The position numbers were made by a program, and so were the translations under genes. From positions 496,001 through 560,000 of the forward strand of contig NIVC01000365.1 of assembly GCA_002269645.1 (NCBI GenBank): DNA of 64,000 nt, written 5' to 3'. The stretch is from Macrostomum lignano (lineage: Eukaryota). Below the pieces are notes generated by a model, which was not told where the DNA came from, made no database searches, and was given only the letters and a program-made list of their open reading frames with translations. Below are positions 12,512 through 24,500 of the stretch, in pieces (positions within the stretch are counted from its first letter, which is position 1; each line of letters opens with the position of its first letter).

Positions 12512-14379
12512 CTTCGGAAAAAGGAAAATTCTAGAAAAATAAGTACAATACAACATAGCAAAGTAATACTGGCTAATTTATTATTTAATTTTTTTACTTG
12601 AGAAAGTACTTATAAGAGAGCAGTTTGCAAATTTTATGTTGATGTACGAATATTTTTGATAAAAAGTCAGGAAAAGCGAGTCAGGCTAAATTTTAAATAG
12701 TACTTTTATATGAAATTATAAATTAGTGTTTCGGATATGGGATTAGGAACATTATTACGACCGGTGGACGATGTAAGGTAGGTGCTAGAATGCGCAGTAA
12801 AGAAGTATGCTAAAACCGCAATGTAAATTGTTTAGGTAGAATTCACATTGGTTTCCTTTAATTGTACTTAAGAATAGTATCGCCAACAAGGACTATTCAA
12901 ATAGACAGCCAGGAAACGGACTGAAACCTCGTGCAGAATCCAGTGGAATGATAACCGTAATAAACTAATGAACTAAGTAGAATGAACTATGGATTCTACT
13001 AAATTTAAGTAAAATGCATATGCAGGGTAGCAGAAGTGCACTATGAACTATATATATATATATATATAATCTTACAACAATAATTTATAAAGCCTTCAAA
13101 ATTTGACAAAACTGCTAGTAGGCCCCTACTAGAGAGAAAATTATGGAAATATTTTCAACACCTATCGGCCATATTATTCATGAAAGAACCTATACTTACT
13201 ACTTTGAGTAGGCCTAATAAATGCTACTATTTTTAGTTAAGTTTGCCTCTATATAAAATCATACTAAAATTTCCTTATAGGCCCCTACATCTTTTTCATG
13301 GTCACATTGCTATATAGTAAATAGGTATAGCTATAGTATAGGTCTATGTATTTAGAATTACAATTTTTATTCCAATATTTTTTTATCTTTAAGTTAATAG
13401 ATTCCACAATTTATTCCACAATTTACTATTCCACTATGAAATGGATTCTACATTTTTATGCTATGCTATTCTATTCTAATTCTACTACAGATTCTACATT
13501 TTATTAGGTAGGCCTATCCTTCATAGTCCATATCATGCTGGATACATACCCAAACAAAAATTGAATAATTACAAATGCATGCAAAAAATTGAATACATGC
13601 CTATTCTCAAAACTATGCCAATGACGGCAATGTTATGACAATAAATGACTTTTTTACATTGTGACCATAAATTACCTTTTTTGAATTGCATAGGCCTAAT
13701 GAACCTTTTTGGAAAATAATTTGGTTCATTTTTTGTCATTTTTGTTATTTTTCATTTTTTGACAATACTATAATACTATTTATAATGGAAAATTAATACA
13801 TACAAAGATTTATTTAAATGCTTTATTACAGGCTTAAAAACCTGGAAAGCTTGATATTTATGCTTAAAATGAACCCATTTTCATCTTTTTTATACTTTAC
13901 AATAACTCTTCCACATGATTCTATGAAGTGCAGGCTAGGTATGCATGCACACTATTTTTTAAGAGTGATACACGCCAACTTTGCACACTTACTTTTGGCA
14001 TGCAAGGTCAATGCATGCCCAAATTTTTGTGTATATACCATATGATCTGGAGTGTGTGGTACCCTATTGATATTCCTAAAAACCTGTATCAATATTTTTT
14101 AAGCTTTTTGGTTAGAAAACTAGGGAGAAGGTCTTATTAATTTTATATTGATTATATAGGGCCTAATTGTATTTCCTATGAATAGAAATATAAAAATGGC
14201 ATGGTTTGGTTTATTCCTTGGTTTTATGAATCTATTTTATAATTCTTAGCTAACTATAGGGGTTTATATCTATTTATATGTAATAATATAGCAAATTTCA
14301 GCCAATTAAGCTAACTGGTAAGTGGTCTAGCTAAGGTAAGTCCAACTAAGCTGCAAAAATGCTAACCTAGAAAATAGTA

Positions 14380-15173
14380 CAAGGGGTGTTTCAAAAGTAA
14401 CAAGAATTTTGTTATAACTTTTGATTGGATAAACATATGAACTTGAAATTTTCACCTAATATGAACAACTAATAGCTTTATATTTTAAGCCTTATATAGC
14501 TGTATGCAATTATGTAATTGTATATGAAGGTCCATGCCTCGATATTGAAGATTACAATTTTTGTCTGGCAAAAAGACTCAAAAAGTTTAAAATTTAAAGG
14601 CTTTTAAACTTTTGCTGCTAAATTTGGCTACTTCTCATAAGGGCCCACTCTTTCTGCTTTCTATATGGGCAAAGTTGCTTGGGAATAATCTTGCAGTTTT
14701 GAGCTGCATAGCATTCCTGATTAAAGCTGCAATTTCTGACTTATGTGGCCACAGAATATTCTGTGAAAGTGGCTCAAATTTTTTCCAACTGAGACTATAG
14801 ATGGTCCAAAAATCTGTAAGTTTTTTTAGAGGAGGAAATTAACAAAACTGGTGCATTGCTGCGAGAAGGGTATCTAGATAAATGGCAGCTTTGTAGAGCT
14901 TGCTGAAATTGCTGAAGAAATGAAAAATGGTGCTGGATTTTTGACTTGATGAACACATTCAAACTTGGTTACTTTTGTCTTTTGCCATAGACAAAAATTG
15001 TAATTTAAAATTTTGAGGCATGATCTTTCATTTATGATTACACAGTTGCGTGCAGCTATATAAGGCTTAAAATATAAAGCTATTAGTTGTTCATGTTAGG
15101 TGAAAATTCCAGGTTCATACTCATCCAATCAAAAGTTATAACAAAATTCTCGTTACTTTTGAAACATCCCTCG
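14380..15173. mobile_element. Non-autonomous Tc1/mariner-type element with ~200-bp imperfect TIRs
   Basis: TA flanks (14378-79, 15174-75); ends CAAGGGGTGTTTCAAAAGTAAC / GTTACTTTTGAAACATCCCTCG; the arms remain alignable for about 200 bp. Confidence 0.85.
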
Positions 15174-15915
15174 TAGTACCTAATTAGATGACAAGACATT
15201 TATTCTTAATCATATAATTATATATAGTTACGAGGCCTACTTTGCCATTTACCCAAAATTATATTAATTTTTGCTTTATTTGGGGTTTTTCATAAGTTAA
15301 ATAGCATTTTTGGTCAAAAAGTAAATCATTATAATTTAATTTACTGACCTCTACAATTTAAAATTGTAGAGGTCAGTTTGGCATTAGGCCTAATGAAACA
15401 TCAAATTTTAGGGTTATATTGTCATGGAAAAATATTATATTTTTTATTGATTAATGTAATTTTTTATTTTTGGTATGTATCATATACCAAAATATTAAAA
15501 TTGTATGTTAAAAACCCAAAATCACTTTTTGTACTGCAACATATATTCCAAATTTCTTGATTGATAGACATCTGTTTTCTAAATTGGATATTTTGTTAAA
15601 TATACAATAAATTGTCTCTTTTTTGTTCATATTTTTTACATTGTGCTTTAAAATGTAAAAAATATGTTTAAGTGAAAACTAAGTTGCATGGCTAGTATAA
15701 ATGGAGAAGCTATATATATAAACTAGACTATGAATCTGACTATCAAAAAATGAAAATAAATTACCATATTATAATTACAGTTTATATTTAGTGTTATAGC
15801 TAGGGGGCATGATCATAAAAATATATAGAATGACTTCAATTTCATTTTAAATTATTATGCTTTATTGTTTCATTTTGTTTAATTCAACTTTTTGGTTTAA
15901 ACTTTGCAGCCAGGC

Positions 15916-18900
15916 ATGGCCCATCGCTACAGAGAGGGCGAGTATGACATCCGCAAGGATGAGGACCAGGAGGCCAAGGAGGCCGAGTGCCTTCAGCTGC
16001 TGGTCTCTGCTGGCTACTTCCGTGCCAGAATCCGTGGCCTCTCCGCCTTCGACAAGCTGGTAGGCGGCCTCTGCTGGTGCGTGCAGGGCTGCAGCGTTGA
16101 CATTGACGCCGACCTGCTGTTCCACGAGGGCTCCAGCATCGGGCAGAAGATCGCCCTCACAGAGAAAATCGTGCGAGCCCTCCGCAGGATGCGCTGTCCG
16201 CACGCCATCGAGCCGCACCAGATCCAGGGCCGCGACTTCGTCCACGTGTTCCCCGTGGTGCAGTGGCTGGTCACCCAGGTGATCGGCAGGCGGGACCAGA
16301 TGACTGCCGACTGGCGCCAGTTCGCTGTTGAGCAGTACCGCCTGCTGCAGCCCAGCGCTGCTCACCAGCCCGCCAGTCAGCCCGAGCTGGCTGCGGCCGC
16401 GGCGGCGCTCGCGGATCGGCGGGCGCAGCTGAAGGCGGCGTTTCCAACTCAGCGGCGGCTGCGCAAGCCGGCCGCGTATCGGGGCGCGCAGGTGCCGGAG
16501 GAGACGCAGGTGAGCATCTTCTAGGCTGGGGATGCGGCACTCTGAGCCCAGGTGTCAGAAATGCCACTCTGAGCCCAGGTGTCAGAAATGGCACTCTGAG
16601 CCCAGGTGTCAGAAATGCCACTCTGAGCCCAGGTGTCAGAAATGCCACTCTGAGCCCAGGTGTCAGAAATGGCACTCTGAGCCCAGGTGTCAGAAATGCC
16701 ACTCTGAGCCCAGGTGTCAGAAATGGCACTCTGAGCCCAGGTGTCAGAAATGGCACTCTGAGCCCAGGTGTCAGAAATGGCACTCTGAAGTCAGGTGTCA
16801 GAAATGGCACTCTGAAGCCAGGTGTCAGAAATGGCACTCTGAAGCCAGGTGTCAGAAATGGCATGGGATTCCGCTAGCAAAGAGATCCTCAAACTTCTCG
16901 GCCAGGTGCGAACTACCTTGCTAGAGTACAATGGCGGACTCGGCACAGGGGTCACCGGTGCAGGAACTGGTGCTGCTGGCGCCACAGGTGCTGGTGGAGC
17001 CGGTAGCGGCGCTGCCGGCGGCGCAGTGGCCGCCTCGGCCGCCTCGGAGCTCGCCGAGATGGGCGAAGCCGGGCAGCAAAAGCGGCTGGCGGCCAGCCTC
17101 GTGGGCACCATCGTCGGCCTGCAGTCGGCCGACATTCAACGAGCCCTGCTGGACTTCGGGGTCAAGCAGACGGAGCTGGCACAGCAGATGGAGAGCCTTC
17201 GGCAGCTGAGCCCCGAACAGCAGCAGCGGGTGCGCGATGGCATGGAGGAGCGGCTGGAAACCGCGAGGTGAGCCGTCTATGAGACTCCATCACTGCTCAC
17301 ACAGCCTGAGACTCCATCACTGCTCACACAGCCTGAGACTCCATCACTGCTCACACAGTATGAGACTCCATCACTGCTCACACAGTCTGTGAGACTCCAT
17401 CACTGCTCACACAGCCTGAGACTCCATCACTGCTCACACAGCCTGAGACTCCATCACTGCTCACACAGTATGAGACTCCATCACTGCTCACACAGTCTGT
17501 GAGACTCCATCACTGCTCACACAGCCTGAGACTCCATCACTGCTCAGACAGCCTGAGACTCCATCACTGCTCACACAGCCTGAGACTCCATCACTGCTCA
17601 CACAGCCTGAGACTCCATCACTGCTCACACAGTATGAGACTCCATCACTGCTCACACAGTATGAGACTCCATCACTGCTCACACAGTCTGTGAGACTCCA
17701 TCACTGCTCACACAGTATGAGACTCCATCACTGCTCACACAGCCTGAGACTCCATCACTGCTCACACAGCCTGTGAGACTCCATCACTGCTCACACAGCC
17801 TGAGACTCCATCACTGCTCACACAGCCTGAGACTCCATCACTGCTCACACAGTATGAGACTCCATCACTGCTCACACAGCCTGTGAGACTCCATCACTGC
17901 TCACACAGCCTGAGACTCCATCACTGCTCACACAGCCTGAGACTCCATCACTGCTCACACAGCATGAGACTCCATCACTGCTCACACAGCCTGAGACTCC
18001 ATCACTGCTCACACAGCCTGAGACTCCATCACTGCTCACACAGTATGAGACTCCATCACTGCTCACACAGCCTGAGACTCCATCACTGCTCACACAGCCT
18101 GAGACTCCATCACTGCTCACACAGCCTGAGACTCCATCACTGCTCACACAGCCTGAGACTCCATCACTGCTCACACAGCCTGAGACTCCATCACTGCTCA
18201 CACAGCCTGAGACTCCATCACTGCTCACACAGCCTGAGACTCCATCACTGCTCACACAGTATGAGACTCCATCACTGCTCACACAGCCTGTGAGACTCCA
18301 TCACTGCTCACACAGCACTGACGCTGTCCTCCCCGCAGGCAGCAGGCGGAGCAGGCGGCAGAGCGAGAGCGGGCAGCTCGCGAACGCCGAGATGTCGAAG
18401 TCGCTCGAGTTGCCGCGGCCGAGCAGCAGCGCGCCGATTTCGCGGCGCAACTATCGGCGCTCGGCGCGGTGGCGCAGGACCCGCGTGCCGCGGCCCGCCT
18501 TGACCGCCTGGTGGCGGCAGCCGAGGAGCTGCGGCAGCGCGAGGCCGAGCAGAAGGCGACGCTTCGGGCCGAGGCGGCCGAGCTGGAGGCTGAGCTGGCC
18601 AGGCTGCGGGACCGGGCGGCCGCTGCCGGCGACGTTGAAGCCGAGGCGGCGAACAGCGAGCGCGTTGCCAAGGCAACCGAGCAGGCGGCTGCGGCGGCCG
18701 AGCGGCTGGCGGCGGCCCGCGCCCAGCTGGCCGAGGCGAGCCGCGCCTGCGCCTCGCTGCGCCGCAGAATTGATGAGTTCCCCAGCCAGGTGAGGCGTAT
18801 TATCAGTCTCCAATGACCAATTCCCCATGACCAACATGACCCGATCTCCATGATCAATCTCCCCATGAACGATCCATATGACCAATCTCGTGAACAATCC

Positions 18901-19915
18901 CTATAAACAATCTCCCCATAACTAATCCCCATGACCAATCTCATCATGACCAATCTCATCATGACCAAAGCTTCTATGACCAATCTCATCATGACCAAAT
19001 CCCCCATGACCAATCTCATCATGACCAATCTCATCATGACCAATCTCATCATGACCAATCTCATCATGACCAATCTCATCATGACCAATCTCATCATGAC
19101 CAATCTCATCATGACCAATCTCATCATGACCAATCTTATCATGACTAATCTCATCATGACCAATCTCATCATTACCAATCTCATCATGACCAAATCTCCC
19201 ATGACCAATCTTATCATGACTAATCTCATCATGACCAATCTCATCATTACCAATCTCATCATTACCAATCTCATCATTACCAATCTCATCATTACCAATC
19301 TCATCATTACCAATCTCATCATTACCAATCTTTTCATGACCAATCTTATCATGACCAATCTCATCATTACCAATCTCATCATTACCAATCTCATCATGAC
19401 CAATCTCATCATGACCAATCTCATCATGATCAATCTCATCATGACCAAATCCCCCATGACCAATCTCATCATGACCAATCTCATCATTACCAATCTCCCA
19501 GGAGGAGGCCAGCCAGTACATGCGGCGGCTGCTTGAGCTGGCTGAGCAGGCGGCCACACTGCACCGTCAGACCAAGCAATTCTACTGCCTGTACAACTCT
19601 GCCTGCTCGCTTCGCGAACTGCTGGAGCGCGAGATCCAACTGCTGACATCGGTAGAGGACAACTACAGGCAGACGGAGCGGTCACCGGCAGGCAGGCAGG
19701 AGCTGGCCGGACAGCTGGAGAAGATCGTGGAGAGCGCCAGGCAGAACCAGAGCCAAGCAGAGCGGCGGCTGACCACGGAGAAGGCCAAGCGGGACGGCCT
19801 AAACTCTGAGTACCTGCGGCTGGTGGAGAGCGAGCGGCGGTATAACAAGCTGGTGAAGGACTTCAGGGCCGAGGCCGCCAAGAATGAGCGGCTCAGTGCC
19901 CTCAGCGCGGCGTAG
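15916..19915 (+). CDS. CCDC93: Coiled-coil domain-containing protein 93 (CCC/Commander complex)
   Basis: Exons 15916-16509, 16906-17267, 18339-18789 and 19502-19915 are all phase-compatible. Motifs LLVSAGYFRARIRGLSAFDKLVGGLCWC, IGQKIALTEKIV, CPHAIEPHQIQG and TKQFYCLYN. Confidence 0.95.
16532..16860. repeat. 27-bp minisatellite in CCDC93 intron 1
   Basis: About 12 copies of GCCACTCTGAGCCCAGGTGTCAGAAAT. Confidence 0.95.
17278..18318. repeat. 27-bp minisatellite (29-bp variant) in CCDC93 intron 2
   Basis: About 38 copies of TGAGACTCCATCACTGCTCACACAGCC, from ~10 bp after the donor to ~20 bp before the acceptor. Confidence 0.95.
18813..19500. repeat. 15-bp minisatellite in CCDC93 intron 3
   Basis: About 40 copies of ACCAATCTCATCATG; degenerate 5' copies, and the last unit merges into the acceptor AATCTCCCAG. 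Confidence 0.95.
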
Positions 19916-19924
19916 CGTCTTAAC

Positions 19925-20885
19925 TCATTCACGCTGTCTGATTCACTCATTTACACTGTCTGATTCACTCATTTACGATGTCTGATTCACTCATTCACGA
20001 TGTCTGATTCACTCATTCACGATGTCTGATTCACTCATTCACGATGTCTGATTCACTCATTTACGATGTCTGATTCACTCATTTACGATGTCTGATTCAC
20101 TCATTCACGATGTCTGTTTAACTCTCAAACTATCTGATTGATTCACTCATTTACACTGTCTGATTCACTCATTCACGATGTCTGATTCACTCATTCACGA
20201 TGTCTGATTCACTCATTCACGATGTCTGATTCACTCATTCACGATGTCTGATTCACTCATTCACGATGTCTGATTCACTCATTCACGCTGTCTGATTCAC
20301 TCATTCACGATGTCTGATTCACTCATTCACGATGTCTGATTCACTCATTCCCGATGTCTGATTCACTCATTCACGATGTCTGATTCACTCATTCACGATG
20401 TCTGATTCACTCATTCACGATGTCTGATTCACTCATTCACGATGTCTGATTCACTCATTTACGATGTCTGATTCACTCATTCACGATGTCTGTTTAACTC
20501 TCAAACTATCTGATTGATTCACTCATTTACACTGTCTGATTCACTCATTCACGATGTCTGATTCACTCATTCACGATGTCTGATTCACTCATTCACGATG
20601 TCTGATTCACTCATTCACGATGTCTGATTCACTCATTCACGATGTCTGATTCACTCATTCACGATGTCTGATTCACTCATTTACGATGTCTGATTCACTC
20701 ATTTACAATGTCTGATTCACTCATTCACGATGTCTGTTTAACTCTCAAACTATCTGATTGATTCACTCATTTACACTGTCTGATTCACTCATTCACGATG
20801 TCTGATTCACTCTTTCAAGCTGTTTGATTCACTCATTCACGCTGTCTGTTTCACGCATTCACGCTGTCTGATTCACTCATTCACT
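19925..20885. repeat. 22-bp minisatellite just 3' of the CCDC93 stop
   Basis: About 40 copies of CTGATTCACTCATTCACGATGT with a recurring interruption unit. Confidence 0.95.
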
Positions 20886-21510
20886 AATTTGGCACACTTG
20901 ATCGCAGGCTGTGAAGCCTGACTCGTACATGATTATTCAGTCATATTCGGTGCAGTGATGTACAATAATTCCCCCTGAGTATACCTGTAGTCATCGCTTA
21001 CAAAAATGTATGTTAATAAGATTTTCTAATTAGAATTATCACTATACTCGTATGTCTACTTTCTGTGATTGCCAAACTGCTCCGTGATTCGCGATGCCAA
21101 CGCAGTTATTGAGAATAAAATTCAATTGATGCTGAGCAAGTGCTGCTCGACATTGTGAATGTCTGATTGCTGCAGAAATCAAATTTCTTTCCACTTGTGA
21201 GGTTTTCCATTTCATACTCGTAATTTACTCAGAGGTGCGGCCTCTCATAACAGAGCTCAGTTGCATCATCATCATGTATTTGTGCGGCCAAATTGACTCT
21301 AAGCAATGTGGTTAAGCGTGTCGAATACAGGATAGCCAAGATTGGAATAAATATATGAAGACTAATTCAAATAGATTGTTCATACGGCTGTCTATGTTAA
21401 CTGTACCGGCTATATGTACAAATTTGTCTTTGTGGTGATTGTGGAGCAGACCGTAAGCTATATAATTCGACTGCCATGTCGCCAATAGAGCAGGGTGTAC
21501 TTTAATCAGC

Positions 21511-24500
21511 TCAGGCGGGCACCATCCGGTTCTCCCGGGCGCCCAGGTTCTCCGTGCGCAGCCGCTTGGTCTCGTAGTAGAGGTCCTTGAAGTACTTGGA
21601 CTTCGCTAGGAAGCGCCTGGCCGAGTCGATCTCCTTGGCCAGCCGGCTCAGGTCGTCGCCCTCGAATGCGGGCAGGTTGGGGTACTCGGGGTCGTCCAGC
21701 TGCGACTCCTCCAGCAGCCGGTGGGCGAACAGCTTGGCGTCGAATTCCTCCACAACCTTGTGGTAGCGGCCGCCGGTCTCCGAGGCCAGGCACTGCAGGA
21801 AGTTGTTGGCGGTGGCGTCGCAGCAGTTGAAGCTGATGGTGTGTATGGCGATGTTTCTGCCTGCGTCCAGGCGGTTGATGCTGCGCAGGATGGTGCTGGT
21901 GGAGGTGTCCGGTTTGCCGTCCGTCAGCAGGTAGATCGCGTCCACCGGCTCCCTGGAGCAGATTCGGTTGTGGTTGCATTTTTATGGCATATTTGATATG
22001 AGCGGTGAGGAACTGGCTGATACAGGTGAGGAATTGGCTGATGATACAGTTGAGAAACTGGCTGATACAGGTGAGGAATTGGCTGATGATACAGTTGAGG
22101 AACTGGCTGATACAGGTGAGGAACTGGCTGATGATACAGGTGAGGAACTGGCTGATACAGTTGAGGAACTGGCTGATACAGGTGAGGAACTGGCTGATGA
22201 TACAGGTGAGGAACTGGCTGATACAGGTGAGGAACTGGCTGATGATACAGGTGAGGAACTGGCTGATACAGGTGAGGAACTGGCTGATACAGGTGAGGAA
22301 TTGGCTGATGATACAATTGAGAAACTGGCTGATACAGGTGAGGAACTGGCTGATGATACAGTTGAGAAACTGGCTGATACAGGTGAGGAACTGGCTGATG
22401 ATACAGTTGAGGAACTGGCTGATACAGGTGAGGAACTGGCTGATGATACAGGTGAGGAACTGGCTGATACAGTTGAGGAACTGGCTGATACAGGTGAGGA
22501 ACTGGCTGATGATACAGGTGAGGAACTGGCTGATACAGGTGAGGAACTGGCTGATACAGGTGAGGAATTGGCTGATGATACAGTTGAGAAACTGGCTGAT
22601 ACAGGTGAGGAATTGGCTGATGATACAGTTGAGAAACTGGCTGATACAGTTGAGGAACTGGCTGATGATACAGGTGAGGAACTGGCTGATGATACAGGTG
22701 AGGAACTGGCTGATGATACAGGTGAGGAACTGGCTGATGATACAGGTGAGGAATTGGCTGATGATACAGTTGAGAAACTGGCTGATACAGGTGAGGAACT
22801 GGCTGATGATACAGTTGAGAAACTGGCTGATGATACAGGTGAGGAACTGGCTGATACAGGTGAGGAACTGGCTGATACAGGTGAGGAACTGGCTGATGAT
22901 ACAGTTGAGGAACTGGCTGATGATACAGGTGAGGAACTGGCTGATGATACAACTGAAGAACTGGCTGATGATACAGGTGAGGAACTGGCTGATACAGGTG
23001 AGGAACTGGCTGATACAGGTGAGGAACTGGCTGATGATACAGGTGAGGAACTGGCTGATAACACAGGTGAGGAACTGGCTGATACAGGTGAGGAACTGGC
23101 TGATGATACAGGTGAGGAACTGGCTGATACAGGTGAGGAACTGGCTGATACAGGTGAGGAACTGGCTGATGATACAGTTGAGGAACTGGCTGATGATACA
23201 GTTGAGGAACTGGCTGATGATACAGGTGAGGAACTGGCTGATACAGGTGAGGAACTGGCTGATGATACAGTTGAGAAACTGGCTGATACAGCTGAAGAAC
23301 TGGCTGATGATACAGCTGAAGAACTGGCTGATGATACAGGTGAGGAACTGGCTGATACAGGTGAGGAACTGGCTGATACAGGTGAGGAACTGGCTGATGA
23401 TACAGGTGAGGAACTGGCTGATGATACAGCTGAAGAACTGGCTGATGATACAGGTGAGGAACTGGCTGATGATACAGCTGAGAAACTGGCTGATGATACA
23501 GCTGAAGAACTGGCTGATGATACAGGTGAGGAACTGGCTGATACAGGTGAGGAACTGGCTGATGATACAGGTGAGGAACTGGCTGATACAGGTGAGGAAT
23601 TGGCTGATGATACAGGTGAGGAATTGGCTGATGATACAGGTGAGGAAATGGCTGATGATACAGGTGAGGAACTGGCTGATGATACAGGTGAGGAACTGGC
23701 TGATGATACAGGTGAGGAATTGGCTGATGATACAGGTGAGGAAATGGCTGATGATACAGGTGAGGAACTGGCTGATGATACAGGTGAGGAACTGGCTGAT
23801 AATACAGGTGAGGAACTGGCTGATGATACAGGTGAGGAACTGGCTGATGATACAGATGAGGAACTGGCTGATACAGGTGAGGAACTGGCTGATGATACAG
23901 GTGAGGAACTGGCTGATGATACAGGTGAGGAACTGGCTGATGATACAGGTGAGGAACTGGCTGATGATACAGGTGAGGAACTGGCTGATGATACAGGTGA
24001 GGAACTGGCTGATGATACAGGTGAGGAACTGGCTGATGATACAGGTGAGGAACTGGCTGATGATACAGTTGAGAAACTGGCTGATACAGGTGAGGAACTG
24101 GCTGATACAGGTGAGGAATTGGCTGATGATACAGTTGAGAAACTGGCTGATACAGGTGAGGAACTGGCTGATGATACAGCTGAAGAACTGGCTGATGATA
24201 CAGGTGAGGAACTGGCTGATGATACAGGTGAGGAACTGGCTGATAATACAGGTGAGGAACTGGCTGATGATACAGGTGAGGAACTGGCTGATGATACAGG
24301 TGAGGAACTGGCTGATGATACAGGTGAGGAACTGGCTGATGATACAGGTGAGGAACTGGCTGATGATACAGGTGGAACTGGCTGATGATACAGGTGAGGA
24401 ACTGGCTGAGTCAGGTGGGGCACTGGCTGAGTCAGGTGGGGCACTGGCTGAGTCAGGTGGGGCACTGGCTGAGTCAGGTGGGGCACTGGCTGAGTCAGGT

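Noticed and set aside
16271-18293. Cys/His-rich ORFs (CQKWHSEPR)n and (LRLHHCSHS)n as metal-binding proteins
   Set aside because: They are 27-bp intronic repeats lacking an independent start context, and the CCDC93 exons join in phase without them
18279-19685. Long ORFs such as (MMRLV)n, (DEIGH)n and (MTNLI)n
   Set aside because: These are by-products of a stop-free 15-bp unit inside a CCDC93 intron with good splice sites on both sides
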